IMG/VR virus record: IMGVR_UViG_2513237213_000004
Coordinates: 1 to 64,000 of that record
Length of the DNA: 64,000 nucleotides
Reading direction: 5' to 3' (one strand)
Source: a virus
Taxonomy: Duplodnaviria; Caudoviricetes
Shown: positions 39,932 through 48,002 of the stretch, one piece after another
Layout of the letters: each line of letters opens with the position of its first letter
Numbering within the stretch: the first letter of the stretch is position 1
Position numbers and translations under genes: made by a program
Notes under the pieces: model-generated
The model's database searches: none
The model's input: only the letters and a program-made list of their open reading frames with translations
Told to the model about the DNA's origin: nothing

Positions 39932-40573
39932 TTACAAATTACTCGGCGCTATCTTCCGCAGCGACTCAATCAGCATTGGATTCTCACGGAACGCCTTCAT
40001 AATTTCTTCATAAGATTCATTGTCTAAACGTACTCGAAGAATATCGTTGATGATATTCATTGCTTTTTCCACGGTCTTATAGCAGTACACTTTCTCCTGG
40101 ATCGCTCCGATCTCGGAGGAAAGCGTTTGTTGCCGCAGCGTCATTTTGTCGAGCATATCAATGACCTGCTTCAAATCTGAAACCTCTACATCACCATTAC
40201 CCACTCTCCGGTCCAGTTCATCGAGCTCAACCGAGATAATGTCAACCGCGTTGTTTACGAGATTCAGCGCCTTGACCTTGGTTCCATAGACGTTTACCAC
40301 CTGTTCATCGGTGGGCGCGGTCATGTCACCGCCAAGGCCATTGTCCCTGCACCACCGAGCAATTGAGTTATGGGAAATCTTGTAGCCGTTGGGAATCAAG
40401 TTCCCATCGTTGATTTCCTTCGTGATGTCACGGTAACTCTTGCCCTTTAGTCGCTTATCGCGAACCAGTTCACACAGACCGAACTGTTCTACCAGGGAAC
40501 CCATGGCCCCGTTGGTATGCAGCCGGTCCGGGGCTTTGTTTCCCGGTGGTGGCGCAGGATGATTCCTTGCCAT
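39932..40573 (-). CDS. terS: Terminase small subunit (putative)
   Basis: N-terminal HTH (SYRDITKEIN...SHNSIARW), coiled coil, upstream of terL; SD aaggag before ATG 40573. Confidence 0.65.
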   Translation of the reverse strand: MARNHPAPPPGNKAPDRLHTNGAMGSLVEQFGLCELVRDKRLKGKSYRDITKEINDGNLIPNGYKISHNSIARWCRDNGLGGDMTAPTDEQVVNVYGTKVKALNLVNNAVDIISVELDELDRRVGNGDVEVSDLKQVIDMLDKMTLRQQTLSSEIGAIQEKVYCYKTVEKAMNIINDILRVRLDNESYEEIMKAFRENPMLIESLRKIAPSNL

Positions 40574-40603
40574 ACCAAACACTCCTTATTTTGTTTGTAT
40601 TAA

Positions 40604-40640
40604 AAAAGGAGCACCAGCCGCAGCTATGCTCCCCGGCACC
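40604..40640 (-). terminator. Intrinsic terminator between ncRNA unit and terS
   Basis: ggagca...tgctcc followed by T6 on minus strand. Confidence 0.6.
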
Positions 40641-40665
40641 TCCCCGCAGGTACTATGCCTATTCT

Positions 40666-40721
40666 TATACATTTACGCCATTACACCGTTATAACTGTAT
40701 ACCTTTACAATGGTATAATGT
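40666..40721. repeat. Octamer tandem array 4 (candidate parS/centromere)
   Basis: tatacatt tacgccat tacaccgt tataactg tatacctt tacaatgg tataatgt. Confidence 0.8.
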
Positions 40722-40734
40722 CGTATATTTTCAT

Positions 40735-40805
40735 GTGGCAGTCAAAGGAGTCGAACCTTTACCTCTGCTGGAATCGCAGTGTTCCTACCGTTAAACTATC
40801 CCGCC
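40735..40805 (-). tRNA. Degenerate tRNA-like element (resembles tRNA-Gly UCC; probably non-canonical)
   Basis: D-arm GTTT/GAAC with GG, perfect T-arm AAAGG-TTCGACT-CCTTT; acceptor stem with two mismatches, 4-bp anticodon stem, loop GATTCCA, 3' end ACA not CCA. Confidence 0.6.
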
Positions 40806-40807
40806 AT

Positions 40808-41531
40808 AAAAGGGGCCTGCGCCCCATTCCCGTTTAGGCCACGGGCAAGACCTCTGCAATCAAACCTACAACTCATTGCAGCCCTTAGTTGTCGTATAAG
40901 GTTTTTAGACCACGAGCAGAGGAACATCGAACATACCAGCTACTAGTGCGAACACCTATCTGTAATGCTCTATGAACCCTTGTTCTCTTGTGGCAAACTA
41001 GGTACGGTAGCTACACTTCTTTTTTAAGAAACCTATTGACTTTCCTGGCTCCCAGGTTATACTTTCTTGATTTCCAGGAAACGGCTTCGGGCAGACTATC
41101 CCCTGCAAAGGAGATAGATTAGACTGTCCGTAGATACTTTCCGTCATTCCGAGGTATCCGTATCCGTGGTGCTCCTGCCAACCAATGAAATCATCGGTCA
41201 GCCATAGCCTATCAGTCAATTACGCCCCAGACTGTCCCAGGTTTCCCCGGCAAGACTATGAACCCTTCCCACCACCGTTATCGTGGCAGTCAAGCGATTA
41301 ACCCTCCGCGCCCTATTTTTAACCATGGCTTTCGCTTTAGGCTTAACGAGGTCTTGCAGCGCTTTTCAACCCCTTTGGTAACTCCCCAATAGCACCGAAC
41401 AGACCAGGGAGGCCCCGCATATTCTCTGCATCAGCTATGCGACACTGGCAATTTATATACCGCAGGCAGCGGATAGGAACCAGGCAGCGAAATAACGTAT
41501 GCCACCGGGAACCCCTTCGGCTCACACCGAC
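40808..41531 (-). ncRNA. Large (~720 nt) highly structured non-coding RNA, family unassigned
   Basis: Consensus promoter upstream, terminator GGGGC-GCAG-GCCCC-UUUU, no credible ORF, >12 stems, GNRA loops, tetraloop-receptor-like motif. Confidence 0.7.
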
Positions 41532-41566
41532 AAATATATTGTACTCTTGTTAATCTATATTGTCAA
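41531..41566 (-). promoter_or_regulatory. Sigma70 promoter of large ncRNA
   Basis: TTGACA-17-TACAAT; 27/34 identical to dnaE-operon promoter. Confidence 0.85.
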
Positions 41567-41671
41567 CACTGAAATATATTGGTCATTCAATGTATAACTA
41601 TGGTTGCTTAGGTATTCTATGATAACTAAGTAACTCCTAAGTAAGTACCAAGGATAAAAGTGGTATAGGTA

Positions 41672-41704
41672 TGAGCGAAGCGAATACCAAGTGAGCGAAG
41701 CGAA
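41672..41704 (+). repeat. Direct repeat TGAGCGAAGCGAA x2 (GCGAAGC mini-hairpin)
   Basis: 13-mer at 41672-41684 and 41692-41704. Confidence 0.8.
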
Positions 41705-41761
41705 CTTCAAACCACTGGATTCAATGATATACTATGTTACCCCCCTACCCCCCGTACATAT

Positions 41762-41810
41762 ATAATATGAAAATCGACACTTTTCACAACCCTATTTTGA
41801 AAAAAAGTTT
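41762..41810 (-). promoter_or_regulatory. Candidate late promoter (copy 2) upstream of ncRNA/packaging/head operon
   Basis: Matches 20102-20150. Confidence 0.55.
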
Positions 41811-42480
41811 AAAAATTTTTTCTTGGGAGCTCCGGAGGGCCTTCGGCGGGGCTTTGGTATTTCCAGAAGCACCCAAGTGATGCTCTGGTATTCTATGTAT
41901 ATACCTATGGAGAAATATGGAGAAAATTTTTCTCTGGTTGGCCTTTAGATCCACAAATGCTCTCTGGTCAGATTCTTTGCACCCCTGGTATCGCCTTCGC
42001 GGGCCTTAGTATGCCTGGTCCTTTATGCTTTTTGTCTGGTCAGCTATGGTTTTCTATGTATCACTCCTATGAACCCTTATGGGACAAGGCTTCACACTGG
42101 TTTTCTATGGTAACCTATGTATATTTCTTCTGTATCACACCCCAGGAAGCCTTATGTAGCAAGGGCTGACGCTGGTTTTGCTATGAAAAAATTTGGAAAT
42201 GGCGTCGTTACGAACTTGGGACTATGCCCGCGCCCGGAACCCCAGAAAAATCGGCATTGGAAGCCCTTTTCGCACCCCGGCCCCATTGCCAGGACAAGGC
42301 AGCCCCATTTTTCCCAGGAAGGGCCCCGCCGGAACAAACGCCAAACACGCGGCGACGCTGAAAAGCCGGGACCCCCCCGCCACACAAGGCCCCGCGCCTA
42401 TTCCCTGCTATGTGACTTTATATGTATATAGTCACATTTTATAGGGTAAAACGTCCATTTTTTCCGGGAAAAGGCCCGGA

Positions 42481-42590
42481 AAAGGCCATACAAACCCCAT
42501 AGAGGCCATTTAAGCCCTTGCCTATGTAATTATACCTATCAACACATAGAAGGCCCTTGCAGGCCCCATAAGGCCGTATAAATCCGTGGT
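42481..42590 (-). repeat. Dispersed quasi-palindromic element copy D (divergent)
   Basis: Core cctatgtaattatac 42521-42535 with ccccatag/ggccc arms. Confidence 0.45.
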
Positions 42591-42838
42591 ATGGTATTTT
42601 GCTATTGTTCCCTATTCCCTGCATAATTCTGCGTATATTCTGCGTATAATCCTAGCGCCTCCCAGCCATCCCAGGACAAAAGAGGCCCTTGTATGATCTC
42701 CCATCCTGCCATACTATGTATAACTTTGTTTTTTCTTTTATATTGAAGGTTTTTGTATATGACTATACTATGTATTAATTTTTTTTAACACTGTAAGCCC
42801 GCGCCACGCAAGGGCCCGCGCTGCACACATGATAATAA

Positions 42839-42895
42839 AAGTGACTTTTTGAAAAAATAGTGCTTGACTTTGTACCCATACAAGCGTAATATAAT
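42839..42895 (+). promoter_or_regulatory. Early promoter with 28-bp upstream element shared with recombinase promoter
   Basis: aagtgactttttgaaaaaatagtgcTTGACT-17-TAATAT. Confidence 0.75.
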
Positions 42896-43049
42896 AACTG
42901 TCAGAGGGACAACAACAAAACACCGATAGCGCCGGGACTTATCGCCGTAACTGTAAAAGGGGAGGGATTAAAGCCGGGGCAGGCAAAGTAGGGTTGACCA
43001 ATGACAAGCCGATATTAACAGTGTAGAACAATGGAGAGAGGTTATCGCA

Positions 43050-43607
43050 ATGAAAAAAACATATTTTGTATGGCGTGATGATGAAGGAAAAATTTTTGAC
43101 AAGGGCTTTTCAATCGAAGCAAGCGCAAAAGATGACGTTGCAACCATGGAGGCCGTAGCAAAGTATTTTGAAGCCCTCTATGATGAAAATGTAACCTATA
43201 TTGACGGTGTGATCCGTGTTCATTGCGGTGCTGATATCCGCGGGATTGACTTGCGCGTGTTTAAAGCTGAATTCAATGAAAACTATAAAGCAGCAAAGAA
43301 CCATGTAGCCGAATATAAAGAAGAATACACCGAACCGGAACCGGCTACCGACGTTGAACCAACCACGGAACCGGAAAAGGTGGAACCGGCCAAAAAGGTT
43401 CGCCGTCGTAATCGCCAGATCATAAAAGCAATGGCAAAATGCTACGGTAATAAACATGCAAAATTGCAGCTTTTTGGCAAAGGTAAACTCTCAACACATA
43501 AAAATTATCGTGGTTATTGTCGTAGTTATACCGCCTATAAAGATTATAAAAAAGGCGGATACTTACCAAAAACATTGGTAACAAAATATTTTCCTAGTGT
43601 AGCATAG
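43050..43607 (+). CDS. Hypothetical early protein (acidic N-terminus, EPT linker, basic C-terminus)
   Basis: SD gagagg; first gene after early promoter. Confidence 0.75.
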   Translation: MKKTYFVWRDDEGKIFDKGFSIEASAKDDVATMEAVAKYFEALYDENVTYIDGVIRVHCGADIRGIDLRVFKAEFNENYKAAKNHVAEYKEEYTEPEPATDVEPTTEPEKVEPAKKVRRRNRQIIKAMAKCYGNKHAKLQLFGKGKLSTHKNYRGYCRSYTAYKDYKKGGYLPKTLVTKYFPSVA

Positions 43608-43658
43608 ATTTATATTTTTTTACCTTGCGTGTTAATTATAATAGTCAATTGTTAATTT

Positions 43659-43901
43659 ATGGAGGCTTTAACAGTGAATAATAACAACGTTATAGCGGTA
43701 AAAGCTGACAGTGCTTTTACAGGAATTCAAATACATAGTGTTATCTATGATATAGACGATAAAATTTGTTTTTCTTATTGGATTGAAGGCCAGGACAAGG
43801 CAAGAAAAGCAACGTCAAAAATTCGCTATACGGCAGCAGGCCGGGCCTATTTTATGAGTCGTAACCATCGTCAATACTTAGATGAATTTATGCGTGTTTA
43901 A
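43659..43901 (+). CDS. Hypothetical early protein
   Basis: ORF in plus-strand run; exact start uncertain. Confidence 0.65.
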   Translation: MEALTVNNNNVIAVKADSAFTGIQIHSVIYDIDDKICFSYWIEGQDKARKATSKIRYTAAGRAYFMSRNHRQYLDEFMRV

Positions 43902-43956
43902 TGGTATACGGGGCCGGGGCCTTCCCGGTCCCAGGACAAGAAGGGAAGGAAAAACA

Positions 43957-44178
43957 ATGGTAATGACAGTGGAACGTGATGGATTTTATGATCTCTATAA
44001 TAATTCGTGGTCCGGTGCTATTCCGGTGCTAGATGAAATTGAAAAGCAGGGCCGGGAGAACGAAGCAATGGATATAATCGAAAATACCTTTGCCGGGGAG
44101 ATCCCGACGGATACACAAGTTAACGATTTTATATGGTTTGACCTTGCGGATATTATGGGCGGTTTATTTGATTTATAA
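43957..44178 (+). CDS. Hypothetical early protein (WSGA...PTDTQVNDFIWFD type)
   Basis: SD before ATG 43957; acidic small protein. Confidence 0.75.
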   Translation: MVMTVERDGFYDLYNNSWSGAIPVLDEIEKQGRENEAMDIIENTFAGEIPTDTQVNDFIWFDLADIMGGLFDL

Positions 44179-44223
44179 TAGTGACGGGCCGGGCCTTCCC
44201 GGTCCTATGGAGGGAATAAAACA

Positions 44224-44622
44224 ATGTATGTAAAGATGGAGAACGGCAAAAAGATCAGTGTTTACAATGGCAAAATATGGGGCGCTAATATTTCACAATA
44301 CGCCATGGAACACAAAAATCTTGATTATAAATCAATGATTGACGCGATGACATATAACGAATTCTTTGATTGTGGTAACGTGTTTAATGTCGTGGACGAC
44401 TGGGAATGTATAACTGGGAACGATTACGACGACGAAACAGGCGAATATTATGAGATTTTCTGTTATTACCTTGTGAGCGCAAGGGCAGTGGAAAACTTGC
44501 AGAAATACACCGACGAAATTGTGTTTTATTCGGAAAAACTAGACTTGTATGTGTTCGGTGTAACTCATTGGGGAACGTCCTGGGATTATGTGTTAACAGG
44601 TTATGAGATTGTAGGCGAATAA
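44224..44622 (+). CDS. Hypothetical early protein (LDLYVFGVTHWGTSWDYVLT type)
   Basis: SD ggaggg; acidic. Confidence 0.8.
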   Translation: MYVKMENGKKISVYNGKIWGANISQYAMEHKNLDYKSMIDAMTYNEFFDCGNVFNVVDDWECITGNDYDDETGEYYEIFCYYLVSARAVENLQKYTDEIVFYSEKLDLYVFGVTHWGTSWDYVLTGYEIVGE

Positions 44623-44678
44623 TAATCATTGGTATAGGCACGGGGCCGGCGGTCCGGTCCCTGGGGAGGTAAAGTGTT

Positions 44679-44870
44679 ATGAAAAGAGTAAACACGTTAA
44701 TCATTGATTTGATTATGTATGTAATCGGTTTATATAGCCGTAAAAAATCAGTGGTAACTTGTAATGGTGTGTTTTGTGGTTATGCTTATAGTTCTTTTCC
44801 GGTCCGCCGTTACCTATATACAATCATGTTTATCCTTGCTTTTGTCCTGGGCTTAATCATTGGTGAATAA
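44679..44870 (+). CDS. Small membrane protein
   Basis: SD ggagg; C-terminal TM. Confidence 0.65.
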   Translation: MKRVNTLIIDLIMYVIGLYSRKKSVVTCNGVFCGYAYSSFPVRRYLYTIMFILAFVLGLIIGE

Positions 44871-44886
44871 TGGAGGGAATAGAAAA

Positions 44887-45414
44887 ATGTTTGCACATAA
44901 TATCATGGTTTATATCAATGGAACGCGGGAAAAATTCTGTAAGGAAACCTGGGAAAAGATAACAAGCGTTGACGCGGTTTATCCGGACGATATCGACAAG
45001 GAAAAGAAAATGGAACGAAGTGAGTTAACGGACCTATACAGTGAAGTGGTCCCGGTAAATGTGAACGGCATTACATATATGATTGATGTGTACTATGTTC
45101 CGGCTATTGTAAACGGCGAATATATGGAGGTCAAAACAGTAGAAAACGTGGTTTTACAAATGAATATAAATGGCCATTATAGTGAAAAAGAATTTCCTAA
45201 TTATGATAGTGCTTTTAATACAATGTTAAAGAAGCAGGAAAGTATGGAAAAAGAAATAGGCATTATCACGCCATATATCCGGGATAAGCATGGACGTATA
45301 AAAGCAAGTAATGGCCTGTATTACGAATGTAATTGGACGATGTACACCGCGACTATTTACGACGATAGACACAACCAGATTATGTGGTCGCATATTGTGG
45401 AGGACTGGGATTGA
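44887..45414 (+). CDS. Hypothetical early protein
   Basis: SD ggaggg before ATG 44887. Confidence 0.7.
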   Translation: MFAHNIMVYINGTREKFCKETWEKITSVDAVYPDDIDKEKKMERSELTDLYSEVVPVNVNGITYMIDVYYVPAIVNGEYMEVKTVENVVLQMNINGHYSEKEFPNYDSAFNTMLKKQESMEKEIGIITPYIRDKHGRIKASNGLYYECNWTMYTATIYDDRHNQIMWSHIVEDWD

Positions 45415-45415
45415 T

Positions 45416-45727
45416 ATGGGATATACAGTGAAAAATTTACCGCTATACCGTGGAATAAAAGGTATTAGGTTTATAAGCCATGGTATGTGGTCCGATGCGG
45501 AATTAGTTTATAAAGGTTATGTGTTCAACTATAACGATATAGAAGGCGCATTATGGGAAAATTTCTTAGAGGATCAAAACGAAGTGGAGGCGCATTATCT
45601 GGATCGGACCGGGGCGGACGAACAAGAAAAACGTTTTAATCAGTGGTTAGAAAATGGAAGGCCCGCGCAAAACTATTTAGATGATTGTATTTTTGGCAAG
45701 TGTTATACAGGTTATTTTTACCGGTAA
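45416..45727 (+). CDS. Hypothetical early protein (HGMWSDAELVYKG type)
   Basis: SD ggagg; abuts upstream stop. Confidence 0.7.
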   Translation: MGYTVKNLPLYRGIKGIRFISHGMWSDAELVYKGYVFNYNDIEGALWENFLEDQNEVEAHYLDRTGADEQEKRFNQWLENGRPAQNYLDDCIFGKCYTGYFYR

Positions 45728-45749
45728 ACAATGGATGGAGGTCTTGAAA

Positions 45750-46469
45750 ATGTCATTAGAAAAGTATATCGAAAACATGCTGCCCGCTGGCAGCGGTATT
45801 AACGGGGAATATTCCATAGAGTTCAAGGAAAATAAAATCGTTGTAAAAAATTCCTGGGATAACATGAATGAATTAGGCTATTATGATGGCGTTTTCAAGT
45901 TCTCCATCACATACCGCCTTGACGGTTCCATGATGTTACATTTCCATGGATTGACTAGGAACGAATACAGGAAAATTGAAAACGAAGGTTTACGGGATTA
46001 TTTAGAATCATTGTTTTATGAGTTTATCCCTGCTATGGTAGCAATTTTAAAAGGTGATATTCCGGCATATAAAAACAACGCGGACCGGGATAAGCTGGAA
46101 CCGCTGGAACGTGGATTTTTAGAAACAATGGTACAGGATGCAGCTTATAATTATCAGGATTATGCACCGGAAAACATACCGGAAAACATATATAAGGCCG
46201 TCCGGGATTATCCCTTTACTATTGAGAATATCGACGATAAAGCACTGGAAAACGCGCTGCAAGTGATCCAGGAAGCTGGCAAGGGCCTGCCGGATAACGT
46301 GGATAGATACGATTTAGGCGGCGAAATATACCTGGCTATTTGTTACGGTGAAACGGAAAATAGCATAGCGAAGGAAATTGCAAAAAGTGGTAAATGGCAG
46401 CAATTTGCCGACGCAAGCAAGGAAATTTCCATGGATTATTGCGGAAAATATCGTGTAGTCGTTGAATAA
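45750..46469 (+). CDS. Hypothetical early protein (LPAGSGING...MNELGYYDG type)
   Basis: SD ggagg before ATG 45750. Confidence 0.75.
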   Translation: MSLEKYIENMLPAGSGINGEYSIEFKENKIVVKNSWDNMNELGYYDGVFKFSITYRLDGSMMLHFHGLTRNEYRKIENEGLRDYLESLFYEFIPAMVAILKGDIPAYKNNADRDKLEPLERGFLETMVQDAAYNYQDYAPENIPENIYKAVRDYPFTIENIDDKALENALQVIQEAGKGLPDNVDRYDLGGEIYLAICYGETENSIAKEIAKSGKWQQFADASKEISMDYCGKYRVVVE

Positions 46470-46484
46470 TGGAGGGCACAAAAA

Positions 46485-47153
46485 ATGAGAATTGAAAAGA
46501 AAATTATCCCGGCGGTATATGTTCCAGCACATATTGAAACCATGAAAATCTATGAATATAGCGAATTAGCGGACGACGTAAAAGATAGATTGAGAAAAGA
46601 GGCTTTTGATAGTTTAGATATTTACGATATTATGGATTCATGGGAAAACACTGTAAAAGCTATTGGAAAATTGATTGGGGCCGAAAAGCCTAGCTATGAG
46701 ATTGGATATTGCTGCCATAATTATCTAAGATTTATCTTTGACGAACTGGAGGGAGAAATAAGCGGCCCGCGTGCTATGGCGTGGATACAAAATAACTGGA
46801 TTGATAAAGCATATAAGGGGAAATACTTTTCAACGCCATTTAGAAAATGCGAAAAAAGCAAAGAGCACCCGGCAGGAATAACCTATAAATATCGGTATAG
46901 TAAAATCATGGTGGCCTTAGATAATTGTCCTTTTACTGGTGTATGTTATGATTGTAATTTTGGCGAAGCATGGACCGAATTTAAGGAAGGAATCCGGCAG
47001 GGAAAACAATTAACAATAAATGACTTTTTGGAAATATTGGAACAAAAGCTGGTCAGTGATATTTCACAGGAAATTGATTACAGATTTTCTAACGAAGGCA
47101 TTGACGAAGAATTAAGTGAAAATGAATACTATGAAAACGGGGAGGCCGTATAA
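46485..47153 (+). CDS. Hypothetical early protein (KIYEYSEL...CPFTGVCYD type)
   Basis: SD ggaggg; acidic. Confidence 0.75.
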   Translation: MRIEKKIIPAVYVPAHIETMKIYEYSELADDVKDRLRKEAFDSLDIYDIMDSWENTVKAIGKLIGAEKPSYEIGYCCHNYLRFIFDELEGEISGPRAMAWIQNNWIDKAYKGKYFSTPFRKCEKSKEHPAGITYKYRYSKIMVALDNCPFTGVCYDCNFGEAWTEFKEGIRQGKQLTINDFLEILEQKLVSDISQEIDYRFSNEGIDEELSENEYYENGEAV

Positions 47154-47840
47154 ATGAAAACGTTAGCAAGTAAGGTGCTGGAAGTAATCAATGATAATTC
47201 CATGAATAACAATGCAAAGGTGGAATATATCAAGGAAATTTGCGAAAAAGATATTTTCAACGAAAACAGGGATAAACTTTGTACTAAAACGGAAAAGAAA
47301 AGACTTTCCACCATTGAAAAATTCTTAGATAAAGCGACTTATAAAGAAGTTTGCAAGTATATCTTGTTAGAAAATGGCAAAGCTATTTATACAGATTGTC
47401 ACGTTGAAGCAATTATTCCGGAAAAATTCATTGATAACATTGATAAAAAATATATCCTTCCCAATGGTCAAAAGTATTTACCTTATAAAAAAGTTATTCC
47501 TACGTTATCCGGTGATATTGCAACCTGTAAAATTACCTACGGTGAACTAATGGCCTTTGCAAAGGTGGCGAAGGCGGCCAAAAAAGGCCTGCGTGGATCA
47601 GACCGGGATTTAAAAGACGACATAAGCCTTGCCTATTCCGACGGACTATATCGTGATTACAATGTGAACTATTTGATCCATTGCTGCAACGTGGCCGGCG
47701 TTGATGAAATGACATTGAAGGCCCCGGCAGGACTGAAAAACGTATTTATCCCGGCAACGATTGAAACAGAAAACGGCTGCAAATTCATCGTGGCAGGCTG
47801 CCGGGGAGAACACACGAAAACAGGAAAGAAGGTGGCCTAA
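47154..47840 (+). CDS. Hypothetical early protein
   Basis: Coupled ORF. Confidence 0.75.
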   Translation: MKTLASKVLEVINDNSMNNNAKVEYIKEICEKDIFNENRDKLCTKTEKKRLSTIEKFLDKATYKEVCKYILLENGKAIYTDCHVEAIIPEKFIDNIDKKYILPNGQKYLPYKKVIPTLSGDIATCKITYGELMAFAKVAKAAKKGLRGSDRDLKDDISLAYSDGLYRDYNVNYLIHCCNVAGVDEMTLKAPAGLKNVFIPATIETENGCKFIVAGCRGEHTKTGKKVA

Positions 47841-48001
47841 TGAAGCTGGAACCACGACGGAAAACCACAAAGAACGGCTATTCATGGGCCGTATGGGATA
47901 AATTAAATAATTCATGGTTCGCCGCTGCAATGGTTATGGATTATCCCTGTAAAAAAGATTGTATCTATGCTATCCGGTATTTGTTAAAAGAGGGTATTTA
48001 A
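47840..48001 (+). CDS. Small hypothetical protein (53 aa; similar to 52021..52191)
   Basis: Manual translation MKLEPRRKTTKNGYSWAVWD...CIYAIRY; TAATG coupling. Confidence 0.6.
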   Translation: MKLEPRRKTTKNGYSWAVWDKLNNSWFAAAMVMDYPCKKDCIYAIRYLLKEGI

Positions 48002-48002
48002 A

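Larger units (their letters stand above)
41590..42835. other. Long non-coding divergence region; candidate origin and/or genome terminus (cos/pac)
   Basis: No credible ORFs; transcription switches strand; 16 CTATG copies on plus strand; GC-rich block ~42225-42400. Confidence 0.45.

Noticed and set aside
40735-40805. tRNA fragment as attP integration core
   Set aside because: The element is near full length and degenerate rather than an exact 3' tRNA duplicate, and it is ~11 kb from the recombinase; a host comparison would be needed
41200-41345. Group I intron-like features (AAGGGUUCAUAGUC resembling the S element, GAAA-capped P9-like stem, receptor-containing P5-like stem)
   Set aside because: No P3' segment between the putative P7 5' strand and P8, no flanking interrupted gene or U.G splice site; kept only as a hypothesis for the Infernal test
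40998-41525. Short ORFs 40998..41219 and 41343..41525 in the ncRNA region
   Set aside because: No convincing SD, atypical composition, and they cut across dense helices; the non-coding interpretation fits better
40735-41531. tmRNA or RNase P RNA assignment
   Set aside because: The tRNA-like element has its own D-arm and lies after a terminator; no GAGGAAAGUCC / CR-V pair and no 5' tmRNA acceptor strand
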